Below, one piece after another: positions 13,208 to 26,600 of a DNA stretch of 64,000 nucleotides. This DNA comes from Balanoglossus misakiensis. Taxonomy: Eukaryota > Animalia > Hemichordata. The translations under genes and the position numbers were made by a program. The notes under the pieces were generated by a model. It had not been told where the DNA came from, searched no databases, and saw only the letters and a list, made by a program, of their open reading frames with translations. How positions within the stretch are numbered: the stretch's first letter is position 1; the number at the start of each line of letters is the position of its first letter. The stretch spans positions 6,378,699-6,442,698 of the forward strand of contig CM082581.2 of NCBI GenBank assembly GCA_040954595.2. The letters run 5' to 3'.

Positions 13208-16200
13208 ATTCCTCCTCAAAAAGATACAGTACAGCTGCGTTATGCGGCCAATTCGATTTCAAATGCGGGTCAGACATACCCCAACAATTCCCTAGCGCTA
13301 TTGTTAAGAGTTGTTCAATTTTCAGTCGAAGTCAACGATGTTCCAGATTTGACCCTCTTATTGTTTTCTCAGTGCAGCATACGCTGAATGTGACTACCAT
13401 TCAACAGGAGGCTATCTAACCTTATCTGACCTTTCATCTACGTCCAAAACCAGCAAGCTACTCATTGAAGGAGGTATATACCGTGCAACGCATTTAATTT
13501 TATGCATTACAGTGGTTACTGCAAAACAAATCATTGAATTACAGCCTCCTTACAACACTTTCCGAGAATCTTACCGGTAAATAACTTAACTGACATTTCA
13601 AAAAGAAGTTTCACTGCCATACCAAGAAAATATATGCTAATCACTTTGTTATTTACTGTCTCTATGTAGCTAACGAACTGGGTTTCAAGAAAATAGACAT
13701 CAACAACTGCGTTGAGCCGGTAAGAAAACAAAAGCATATCTTCAACTATTTTGAGCATAGTTTTGTACTGATAAATGCGAATATATAACCCTAGTTCTAT
13801 AACCATTTGTAGGTTGGTTTCAACTTCACGCAGTTAACTATGAAAGATGGTAAGCGTTGCAGCACAGCCGTTGCTTTCCTGAACCCCGCAAAGAAAAGGG
13901 AGAATCTAACGATCTGGACGGAGACTCTGGCAACGAAAGTAAGATTAACATGGACACTTTGCCCATACTCCTTGTGATGTACATGTATATGGTAACGTAT
14001 ACATGTGCATGTGTATGTATAATGTATACATGTATGTATATGGTGACGTTAGACTGGGGGACTAAAAATTTTGTGGGCTGGAATAAGAATACTGGTACTG
14101 CTACGCTGCATCTTTTGAGGGTCAAACATCAGATGCCCAAATGCTTCCAGAAGGATTGGATAGTTATCACACAAGGATGCACGAACATATGGCTTAAATT
14201 TCAGATCTTGTTCAGTGGTATGAGAGCTAAATCTGTGGAAATCCTGAAAAGAGGCAAGAGTGGTACAGTGGACGTGCGCAAAGAAGTCATTTTGTCAACT
14301 GGAATGATCGCTTCTCCGCAGGTATATATAAAAGGAAGTTTGAAGTACATTTATATACTTACATGTACAACATGATAAATCAAATGTCACTTTTATCTGG
14401 ATCGAGTGTTATATTTGGTCTGTAAATGGTGAAGCCAGCCACGGGGACGAACAGATGCCAACACATAGAGTCAAGCAGTCAAAAGACCTGCGTATATACT
14501 TTTCTTTTTAAACTGTTTATTTCAGTTACTCATGTTGTCAGGAGTGGGACCCCGGGATCACCTTCAAGAACTAGGAATACCGCTGGTGTGCGATCTTCCA
14601 GTTGGTGAAAACTTGCAGGTATAAGTGCTTTCTCATTGTGTACATAGCCAGCTATAGCCACCAGCTAAACTTGCAGGACAGTGCATGAGTAATTGCAAAA
14701 TACGCGTGATCAAGGAAATTCCTTCATTACAGCCTCAATAACTGCCACTTTTCTATTTATATCTTTTGCTGAATTACTTTAAATTCACATAGGGTATTCA
14801 CACGTATCTACACATGATCTGCCATATTATTTTAATTGCAAAGCCAATCAAGTCTTGGTGTTTATCCTATAGCATGCCAGTTTATTGTTGTTCGATTCAC
14901 AGGACCACGTTACGACAATGATCAAGTATAAAGGCAATGCTGGTGGCATCGGAAAGGTACGCTTTAATCCACATTTATTCCAGACCACAAACGTCAAGTT
15001 CAGGAACTGCAAAGAGACCGATTTATGGCGTCACACCTGTACTTTATACACGTGTACGTGCCTAAAATTGCTCTTGTTTATATTCAAATTCTAGGATTGG
15101 GTCACAAATGGCGGAGAACTAAATGGATTGATGAAGACAGTGGTAAGACAGAAAAAAAGTCATTTCCATGAACTCTACATGTCATTACATCCTTGTATTT
15201 CTGGTGGTACTGGGTTGTCAGAATTCTTAATATTGGTACAAGAAATGGTTAAAATACTGTTTAAATATTCACAATATAATATAATATAATGTAAATATTA
15301 TATTTTATTGTCTACGACATGATGCACTGCCTGACCAGTTTTAATCATGTCAAACAAGTGTGATCGAATATTTTTACTGATGTATGCACCAAGCGATTGG
15401 TCTCGTATGTCTTACCCAATCTAAATGTGGTGAATTATCTTTCAACGCATGCGCATATTGATTGAGACTACCTGTGTTTTTTTTCAATACAAAACAAACA
15501 GGATAAGCTTCCATGGCCCGACATACATGTCTTCTTCACACCCTTCTATTATTTTATGGGAGGTGGCGAAAAGATAAAGCTCAACTTCAGCGAGGAGTGA
15601 GTAGTGCTATAGATAATTGCGTGTGGATAAATTCATTTGACAGTCTGTACACTCGGTATACAATGTATAGGACACGTACTACGTATACCCACTGTTTTTG
15701 TCATGATAGTTTGTTTAGATAATGGTAAAATAGTTCCAATCGTGTTATGCTATCGCATTCACTTTCAGTCAGTTTATCTGATCCATGGGTGATTTGGATA
15801 TAGAGGTCGCCAGATGACATGAAAGCACGTGTTACTACAAATGCACCAACTCCTACAGTCATCTGTGCTGTGTAACTCATTGACAGCACCAGCTCTGGTA
15901 TGTATAGTGAATATGTTCCCACACATTATTCAAATCATTTTCAGATTTAGCGAAAATCTTGAACACGTAGACGACTCTGCAATGGACGCGGCACAGGGGA
16001 CGGTGTTCATCCTTGGTCTGCTTCACCCAAAGAGTGTTGGCGATCTGAAACTTGGAAGTAAAAACCCACTGGATCACCCGATAATTGATCCCCACTATCT
16101 CGAAGATCCGGAAGACGTGCAGACTATGATAAGAGTACGTCATCACGCTCGTTCAATTAATTTGTTCATCTGTCCCTTGTGAACAGTTTGTGGATTTATT

Positions 16201-17122
16201 TAATATGGATCAACTTTTTAATTTATATTCACTTAATAGGGTGTTCGTCTTGTTCAGAAGTTGATGAATACAAACGCAATGAAAGGTCATGGGTACGTCG
16301 TCTTTAAATTCGTTGTTTAGAGAGTAAGAGAGTAAGGAAGTTCTCTACGAGAGAGAGACAGAGACAGACAGACAGACAGACGGACGGACAGACAGACAGA
16401 GGGAGAGAGTGAGGGGGAGAGACACACACAGAGTATTAAATAAAAATTACATGCAGTATACCTTTAAGAAACAAATTTGAGGAGTTTAAGTTGGTGGTCG
16501 ATGCGCTCTCTATAGTCTACTCCACTTTCCATGGGGAAATAATGTCGACTAAGATCTTCTCATGGCTTCCTCTTCTGCTGTAGGATCACTCAAACGTTTT
16601 TCAAGTTCGGCGATTGTCCCCATGAGGTCGACAGCGATGAATACTGGGAACATGTCCTTCGTCACCTATCTTTTTCGTTATGGCATGCTGTGGGGACTTG
16701 TAAAATGGGAGCGTCTGATGACCCCTCTGCTGTGGTTGACCCTAGCCTCAGGTGAGATTCTTTAGGCTGCATATACTTTTGCACGTGTTTGTTCATCTTG
16801 ATCTTCTCTTTTCAGCTGAAGGACTATGACCTGGAGGCTATCACATTTTCTATCACGCGGATTATCTTTGTTGATTACTGGCGGTACGGGTCATTATCGC
16901 ACTTTAACATCCCTTTCAATAAACTGTCAATTTATTTTTCAATCATGTTTTCATCTCATCACATGATTTAAAATGTGATTTTTTTTCTTCAGAGTACGAG
17001 GTTTGGACAACGTTCGTGTGGCAGATGCTTCCGTCATGCCACATCTGATCTCTGGCTACCCACTCGCCCCAACGATTATGATCGCCGAAAAGGCTGCTGA
17101 CTTGATCAAGAAAGATATGTAA
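12009..17122 (+). CDS. GMC oxidoreductase paralog 3, 15 coding exons, ~547 aa, with altered second active-site residue
   Basis: Exons 12009-12215, 12656-12721, 12994-13139, 13373-13473, 13670-13719, 13813-13938, 14205-14321, 14526-14618, 14903-14956, 15095-15142, 15502-15596, 15945-16134, 16240-16292, 16584-16751, 16993-17122. Same exon structure as GMC1. Motifs: [71 protein letters not shown]. Confidence 0.95.
13150..13207. repeat. (TTG)n trinucleotide microsatellite, ~19 units
   Basis: Directly visible just after the GMC3 exon 3 donor. Confidence 0.97.
16348..16430. repeat. (GA)/(GACA)n compound microsatellite in a GMC3 intron
   Basis: gagagagacagagacagacagacagacagacggacggacagac... Confidence 0.8.
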
Positions 17123-19329
17123 ACGAGATTCCAAGGAATACAGAAGCGATCACAAAAATGTATTATAGCTGGTACGAAAACGCAAAATGCGTGGCTATCA
17201 GTTTGGGGAGCTTACTATATAGAAAATTACAGTCTTTGTTATATTTTGATAAGTATGTCATCAAAGCGTGGCCGTGATCTTGAGTTTGACTACGAGCAAC
17301 TATAATCAGGACATATATTGAAATCTGGTTTAAGTAGTTTTTTTTATTTTTACACACTGACTGCATGTCGTCAGGTGTTTCAAATGAGAACGTTTGTGGC
17401 GCACTCTATTGTGGTCAGATGCGACGAGAGGGAGAGGCCGTAACTAAAATCAATCGCAATTCTCGTTTTTCGAATCTTTCAAAGATGCCACGATAAGAGG
17501 ATTACTTAATTTGATTGGTGTTATGACCCGTATGAACATGATGAAATGAGACACTTCTTCCTCGTGACCTCTATTCGTCTGAACACATCACATGTCTGCG
17601 AGTCAGCCTTTTTGCATTTCATTTTAGATTGAGCATTATTTTAAATTCTCAATGGAATACTTGACTTCAATTCCCTTCCTTCATTTATTTTAAAAGTTGG
17701 TTGGGAATTTTGAAAAGGGATAAATTGTCTTCAGTACTGTGACATAGCTTTTTGTGTCTTGTGACAGACCAAGCCCACAAATTAAGCTAAATGCGGGATT
17801 TTACTAAACAGATTTAATCATGTGTTTCATCTCAAGCGCGAATTTCAATTCCATGGTTAATGAATGGATGATCAAAACCACCAGATTAAAATAATTACAT
17901 GCATGCTAATCTGAATTCACATTTAGCTATTGTGTCTTACATTTATGATGTACTATTAAACTATAAGAGTATACACCATCGGTGTTTCGTGTTGTTTATG
18001 ACTATTCAAGTGGAATATTCCAGAATCTTCATTTCCATGGCGATTAACTTTACAGCCCGCCATTATTCTAGCCTCGGAGGGACTAGCGCACTCACAGGAG
18101 GACACATGAGTTCGTCGCAGAAGAATATCTTTCTTTGAACGCAAAATAACTCTACTGATTGAAAAAAAAAATCGCATAACTTCTATAGTCGCCGATGTCA
18201 ACTCCCAAACGAAAAAGCGCTGTCTGACCTCAAAGCTTTCAATTTCAAAATGTCTTTTTCAACTGGCAGATGCTTTCGCCATTCCCCTGGGACTCTTCGT
18301 CTCGCTATTTTGTTCTTCTCATAGCTGCCCGTCCGCGTTTTTCACTCTGAGGAAAATTCAACTTCCCACCAATCAGATGACACAGTAGAAAGGTGCATAA
18401 GCTGAAATGTTTTGCAAGTGCGTTCACTCTCGTTCATCGACCACAGTTTGTTGTTCTGCCACATCTATAATTTCAAGATCTTGTTGACATGTTAACAATA
18501 ACCATAGCAACTCGTCTTGTTGAGATTGTAATACTTCAATTTGCGATTCACAGCTGCTGGTAGCAACATTTCGACGTTTCTGTGATCGATCGGTCATGCG
18601 CGCAAAATAAAGCCCAGTGTACAGTATTGAACAGATTCCATGATAATGACCACGCTGCGATAAAAAATGAACAATTTTCCTGATGCGCAAATGGAAATGG
18701 GTTTAATCTAAAATGGCTGTGATCGACAGTATTTCACACGTCTATAATTAAACACAATCACAACATATATCGTTTAATTCCAAAATGTCATACAAAAGCA
18801 ATGCATAGAACTGTAGTTTGATGGACTGTGGATAACATCATGTCAATGTTCTGTCGCAAATGTGTCTCTGTATCTTACATCAAAACGAGATGATCACATA
18901 CATAATAAAAATACTACAGATGGCTTTAGTTGGGAAAATTACCTTCCCAAAAATGTCATAACAGAAACAAAACGCGATGGCAAAAAGGGCACAATACGAC
19001 CAAGCTAATTGCCCCCCCCCCTTTCAATTTGGCAGTTACTTCTTATATATGTGAAATATACTTCTTACATATGTGGAATATTTCGAAACGATATCGATTT
19101 GCAAATATGCATGATGTAATCAACCATGCCGTAACATATCCAAGGCGCAACGTGACGGAATTGGCTGTTATACTGCATGCATATTTAAAATTGCTGTCCA
19201 ATCCGGAGTTATCTTGTATCACCAAACCAGTCTGTGTAAATTCGAGACCAGCCACTTTGGAATGCGATAACTCTTTGCTGCCGCGCTAGAACGTGTTTAC
19301 CACATTATAATCCCGGCAAAAGAGACAGT

Positions 19330-19406
19330 TTCAGTTATTCGGTGCGAGGATTTCTTGTGGGTTAAAAACCTTATCGTGTATGTGTCGCGTTGTCCGGCTT
19401 TTCCAG
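19330..19406 (+). other. Probable non-coding first exon of the GRL101-like gene (5' boundary uncertain)
   Basis: Strong donor CAG|GTGAGT at 19406/19407 and a TATAA-like sequence ~19306. It would splice to the strong acceptor cttatctttcctttacag at 20598. Confidence 0.35.
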
Positions 19407-20681
19407 GTGAGTACATTTCTTAATCAACAACGATGTCGATTGGTATGCGTGTCGGTACACGCGGGTGTATACTTCAGTTTCAGGTTTACTGACGTGATAA
19501 CGTGTTGCTAAGTCATCAGATGCTGTTGGTAATAACAGGAGTGTGATTTGAAGTCTGGAAAAGGTCGGTGACTTTAGTCCATTTTGTCTAAATAGTTTGT
19601 GCTGTGTACATTCGTCATAGTCGGCGATGATGTCGAATTACATTTACCGCGGAATCTTGGTACTTTGTTTAAATACGGAGAGACTAAATCATAGTTGAGA
19701 ATATACAACTTGTGATATGTAGGCCTACACACTTCGGGAAGAATGCTCTTCAATGTACATGCATGATCAAAAACTGCTAACTAACCACGTATCGCGTGGG
19801 CTTTAAACGTGCAAGATTGACTTACATCAGTTGTAACATCGATGTGCGCTCGTTCTAGAAATCAATGGCTGAACACATGCGATGAGAAAAACGTCTGCTT
19901 ATAGGATTTTGCTTAGCGCGGTGAAAAATAACAACATGAACATTACCCCTGTAGGTCGCAACGTGCCATATACATCAATATTTTGCATAGTCACTAGGTC
20001 GCTAAAAAGAAGCAATTTCGATTCTCCACCTGGAAGAGCTGACCTATTGATGCTGTGTACGTGATGGTCACCAGCAGCAATATATTTTGTCTCTTGCACA
20101 CCGTATAACTGAACTGTCGCACCGATATGAATCCACCTAACCATACACAGAGCCATCCATTAAATCTTGACGTCAACTTTGCACTTTCCGCGCTCTGGCT
20201 ACTTCCTTTCATTAAAAATGTAGTTATTGTTCAGTTATCAGAAAAGAAAAAAGTTTGCAAGAGGCTGGGTACCCGCGTAAGGAGAAAAGCGAACATTTTG
20301 TAATTCTGTGTTATGAAAAGTCACGCATCTACGGGTTGCAATGACACAAAATTCAGTCCATTTTAAATTTAAAACAAACATGGAAGGGCATTCGTTCTCA
20401 TCTGAGTGTAATCTGAGGAAGGAACACTGTATTTCATGGATGGGTTCATATAAATGCCATCGCTAATGGTATACATGTAGTTAATGGACACTTGCAAATC
20501 CTTGCCACAAGATGGAAGCGACTCTATCGACGGAAATCATAGTACATGTAACTGTGCATAAAAATCTAACTGCACGGGGTCTTATCTTTCCTTTACAGAT
20601 GCCGTCACCAGCTTCACCTTCTGGTTGAAATCGAACCGAGTGACGTGTAATGCGTGGAACCGCTGACGTACTACCAATAAG

Positions 20682-23600
20682 ATGTTGAATCACCGCCACG
20701 TATCGCTCATAATTACCGTTTTCAACATCCTGTCCACTTCCAACTGTGGTAAGCAATGTTTCGTCTTCGGGATTCAAAGGCTTTTAATCCAGTATTCTTA
20801 ACAAGGCTTTTTTGGCCACGCACAAATGAGATAACCTTGCTCAAATGACCTCCGGGATTTAAACAAGGATCCGCAGTAATAATTTAGCGCGATGACTGAC
20901 GCGTGTTCTGCATGCGAATGCTTCGACGCAAGATGACATAACACAGTCTGGAAAACAAACCGGTTTGTAGTACTGTATATAGTGTTGCCAGTACGAGAAT
21001 AGTGTATATAGCTCGGGCCTTGGTGTGTTAGGTGCACCTAACATTAAGTGGACATGTCTTTACCATTATAGTGGCTAAATTGGTAAATTGTGATGGTGTT
21101 CACGAAGAATTTGCACTAAAACTAGTTGTAGCGTCTCAGGACAGTCCAATGTACATGTAATATGAGCGTATACATGTAGGATTCATGATGTATGGGACTG
21201 ATGTGACGCTGACATCACTTGGCAACTAAGCCTGACATTTCGGTGAGTTGCAGTGACTGAGGAGTATATACGTCACGAGTGACTAATTTAATTACTCGAA
21301 TACTCGAAATCTTTGAAATACGCCACACCACGTGTAAGTTTAATCATTCATGCCGGGTAAAACTTACTATACTATAGTACCGCAGAATAGTTCTCATCGT
21401 GTTATATCAACTCCAGTGTTGAAATGTTAGGCATTGCACACAATACACCATTTGATTTATAAACTCAGTGACGTATAGGAACCGTTACGTTTAATTCTGC
21501 CATTGGATTGACGTAATCTGTCATTCCAAATTTGATCCGTTAGACCAATGAGGTGAAGGGTCACACGCGACTATTGCTTGCTGCTAACTGTTATTAATCT
21601 CCGTTTCTGTACAGAAAGGAAACTGCACTTGATCATGTGATCAGTCAAACTATTTACGGTCGACCAACAGACATTAAAGTCCTGAATTCTTTCAATTCTA
21701 ATCAGCCATTTCGAACGAGTCACAAAATTGTCGATTTAATTTGCTTGTATTTAGATTTTGTAGAAATCGAGATCTTGTAATTAAAAATCACTACTCAAGC
21801 GTCGGGTACAAAATAAATAGTGTAATAATGTTAAAAATAACAGAAAGCGGTATTACCTATTTTTTTTTTTAAACAAGAAATTTTGTTCCCAAAATATGAC
21901 AAATATATTCGTTTGCGCTCTCACGCAATAGGCAATCGTTTCAACTTACAGTGACATGCATTGGCCCCTGGAGCATAAAACTTGCACGACGTCTTGTGTT
22001 TCCAGCCATGACTGCATACGAGATCGCGAGTTCAATAAACTTGAATGTAGACTTCTGCCATCTAATGTGACAAAAACTAGCTATCTGTTGTGTCTGTCCC
22101 CACTGGGTTAACTGAATGTACATGTATTTAATCCACTATAGTCCTAAAGGGAGTTCTTAAGGAATCTCTGCTATCACGCCAACGGTGATATTTCCCAGAA
22201 GAATATACAGTCATTAGCTAATGGGTGGTTGCCACTTTTAGATGTCTCCTTATATACAGCAGCGATATTTGGCTTACACCTAACTCGGGTGATTATTCTC
22301 GATGGCAATCGCATCATGCGTCCGACAGAGTGTCATTATACGTCTGCGAAAAAAGAGCATATGGTATTTAAATCCGTCTTGTGCGTACATTACTAAATTC
22401 TGTAGACCTCAAGTATGCCAATACGCCATGAAATTGTTGATGAGACTCTCGGTATAACAAAGGCAAGCAAACGTTTCTGAGAGGCGAATCTAAATTTAAG
22501 TCGCATGATCAGTATGTATCACTGTTTTGAGATCACTTACTCGTAAAATTAAACGGTTAGATCATTGTCATATGTCAAGCTGTATAATAGTATAACTGAC
22601 TCTTGTAAACAACGTATAGGTGCCCTTGTTAATCCATATCCCTTGCGATAGCACATCCTTTATAGTGCCTGAGTCTTTCTGCATTCCGGGCCATTCAAAC
22701 TCTGTGGGTTAATTCGGAGCCGAATGCCCATTCAGAAAAAAAAAACAATTCCCTCTTCGTGATCGATATGCCAAGCAAGCCATGGTGTATACAAAACACA
22801 CGTTCCGCCCCTTTCTTCTCTTTGATTCTTTGAAATATCCTGCAAGTCAGCGTGATATTTTGTTCCAGTAAAATGCCCTTGAATTCTCTTGGGTAATATC
22901 AATACAGATTAAATAATCGAGCGACATAGCCATACATCACAATGACATAATTAATGAGCTTCAATTACGCAGTAAATCTGATACGCCACTTATGATTCCA
23001 TGGAGTATTTTTCTGTAAATGCTTCAATCGACTATTACATAGTTACAAGACTGGCATTCTACTCGTTCAATTAACCATCTGTATGTAAAATAAATCAATC
23101 TATGACGATACTTCCGAGACCCGTGCCGAAACCACTTTATTTATTTTAAAGCGGTTCGATCCCCTCCGAGTCTTTCTACATGTATATGCCGTGACCTCCC
23201 TGCATAATGTCTCCCGTGGTTGCGCTGGTCCAGCTCTTATTTGACCCAAACGTAACGAGGCATTATCTGGTGAAATCTTAAGTAGAACGCGGTGCGATGG
23301 TAGTTTTTCATCATGAAAGTAAACCATGGTGAAAAAAAGTCTAAAGTCACCTTTAAAGGGCAGTGATCGTCTTATGCGTATGTGCGTTATTTCGTGTTTG
23401 CAAAGTCCAATCCAAATGTTCTGCAAATGTTTGTCTTAACGTTTCTTTGTTAGATTCTTTTAAATACTTAGCATGTAATATTTTAGCATGAAAGGGGATT
23501 GGTTCATTATTTACCTATCCATTGACAGATGCTCTTACGCAAAACTGTGAAAACGGAACTGGTACCTGTAATGCGGAGGATCTGTGCCAGACCGATGGCG

Positions 23601-26600
23601 CTTGTCATCTTAAGGGTGAGCCATATAATATTCAGTAGAAAATTCAATGTACATGTTGTATAGATGCTGAAAAAATCCGTCAACTTTGAGCTACATTGTA
23701 GTATAGGAAATGGCATCAGTTTAATCCCGACAGTATGTTTACTCGTAGTTTGCTCAAAGTGGAAATTTCATCTCAACACGAATCAGTAAATTTGAAGCGT
23801 TTATTCTTAAGCCCCGGATCAAAATAACACGCCCACGATTAAAACTCTTGCATCACAAATGAGGAAATTCCCATTAAAATTCTGAAAATCGCTAGAGACC
23901 CAATTATCCACGATAAGACCTCTTTGACAAGTTGCTAGATTTATATACGATCCCAATCCTATCCTGCGTGACTAGTGTATATCGCCGCAATTTGTGAAAC
24001 AACAAGGCGGTAAATAAGCTGCAGGCTTGAAAGATGAAACTGAAACTTTGACTCGCATGTTGCACCTCAGAAAAGTGTAAAATCCGTGACACCCTGATGT
24101 GTTCGATAAGGTTATAAGAGATTTTGCAGACTTGATGTTTATAAAATTCTTGACAGGGTGCTCAACAAGGCTGACAGGATCTAGTGGTACCATTCAAAGC
24201 CCGGACTATCCGACACACGCGAGCGCGCAGATTCTACTGACAAACCCGTGCCGCTGGCTGATATCCGTTGAGAGCGGTTTCTCCGTCACCCTCCACGCGC
24301 TTGTCTGGTCCTTTCTCCTCGACCGCAATCGGGGGTGCGCAGACGAGGTGTACTTAGAGGTGTATGATGACGTCACGGAGGCGTCTCCGCCCATCGGGCA
24401 GGTGCAATGTTCATCGGAGCTGTCCGACGACGACACGGCTACCACGTTTCACAGCGGTCGCAATGACATGCTACTCGTGTTGCACGCGCCGGAGGGATGG
24501 GCCAATTACACGGTTAACTTCCTACTCGTTTACCAAACCAACCAAGGTAAGCGTAGTTGCCTCTTTCCCACCAAAACAGTCGTTAACCATCACCGTTTTC
24601 AGTTGATAGAGATATCATAATGATATCCCCATGCACAAAATGTGAGCTGAACTAATACAACAATTATTCTACACGTTTCAATTCGTAGAAATACACAAAA
24701 TAATGTCAAAAAATTCGCCAATTTTAGCCACTCTTGCCAATTTAATGAGAAAACCTTCTGAGCACGTTTAGGGTCGTGATCTAGTTGATGAATGCGATGA
24801 TTTATTTTCGAGAGCAGAAGCACAGATTCATCCTGTTCAAATTCGTCTCTTCAAGTTTTTCAGGAGTGCGGGAAAAACTTTCTAGCGGCAGCAGGTTTCT
24901 GCATAGGCCCGTTGCCTCCACTGGCACTGTGCAACTACTACCTCAATGTGGGCGGTCATTCTCCGCCGAACATTCCGGAGTTTGAACACAGCTCCGTGTT
25001 CAACATCTGTCCGGGAGTCTACGGCAATTCAACCTGCTCGCTGGCCATAAGGACGCCGGAAGTGGACGACTTTGTCAGCAGCATACTTCCGCCAATGAAG
25101 TCGGGGTTTCTGCACTTGAGCGTCCTCCCCTACGTGATTGGTCTCTACAGGTCACCTGACACGCGCGAGTACCGATGGGTAGATGGGTCGCCGCTGGTCT
25201 ACGAGAACTTTGCCCCAACGTTCGTTCCCAGCGATGGAGAACTGTGCTTTACGACGTCCCACGTTTCTAACTTTCAGTGGGCCCCTACTGATTGCACCGT
25301 CCCTCCTGAAGAAGATATCCGGTGTGAACGGTTCTACTTGTGTGAGAAAGGTTAGTTACTTTCCATCATCAAGGTTGCTTACATGTACTTCTCTTATACT
25401 GAATAGGGAACCCCTACAGCGTACATGTACATACCCTGTTTATAAACCTAATTATTGGGCAACTCAAAAGTGTTCTCGTTGTTGCCATAACGACCGTGTG
25501 ACCAGATAATTCACACCTCATCAAAAAAAGCTACACTATTTCTGGTTGAACGTATGCACCAACAATAAGTAAGATAAAGAAAAATACAAAAATACTTAAC
25601 CGTTCAAAGTTAAATTTGTTCACTTGGATACGTCGTATTATTTTACTGATTAAAGTTTGAACTTCTGTTTCCTGTTCTATAGACATAGACGAGTGTCGAT
25701 ATTCCCACGGTTGCTCTCACGCATGCGTCAACACTCCCGGAAGCTATTATTGCTCATGTCCGGAAGGGTACATCAACTCTCCACGTGACCCCAAGCATTG
25801 TGTCTGTAAGTCAACCTACATTCTAAACGTGAATAAAAATCTACATGCAACCTTATTTTGAGGAAATTTATTTTTTAACATAATTCATTAATGTTATGTT
25901 TGTAAATAACTGAAGATTTAATGTTTCAAATATGTCTATACAATGTATTTCAGATGGGTGCAATGTGATGATTCCAGAACGGCACTACGGAGACGATGTT
26001 GAGGGCACTGAGATTGATATCCCCGGCAGATGCGTTGTCCACTTTCTCGCAAAACGCTCCTGGTATGACGCCGCGAACAGTTGCAAGAATTTCAGCTCAG
26101 ATCTTCTTCAAGTCGACGAGAATCTGATGCACCAGGTATTATTCTATTAAGTTATTGTGTGATGGACCCCTTCGCATGTTCTTATACGTGACTAAATATG
26201 GCTGTCAAATGGTGCAAACATCTCACAGGTTATATCAAAGACACCATCACTCACTCTCGTCACTTGGTTTGTTCAGACTGAGATGACAAACATCCCTTTT
26301 ATTGATCGAAGGTACACTCCATATGGAGTCAGCTGTCCCTTTATGGTGAAGATGCATTCTGGATATCTGAAACCGGTGCAGACGATCAGGGGGACGCCCA
26401 AACTGAGAGATGTGTGTCCCTCACACGAGACGGTCGTCTAGACCGCGATTGTGACACATTGTTATCCTACATGTGCATAATTGGTAAGTAGGCCTATTTC
26501 GATCATTTCGGGGGTAATTTTTCTGTTAACATTAGTTTGCAGCTATTTTAGTTTATTTGCATATGCGCGTGAATTTGTTATTAGTTGTTTCAATTCGAAT

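Noticed and set aside
13092-13419. Poly-Leu/poly-Asn ORFs (also 57130-57493)
   Set aside because: Translation of intronic (TTG)n repeats.
17956-18690. Minus-strand ORFs that might be a decayed transposase
   Set aside because: No DDE or other recognisable motif and no terminal repeats seen.
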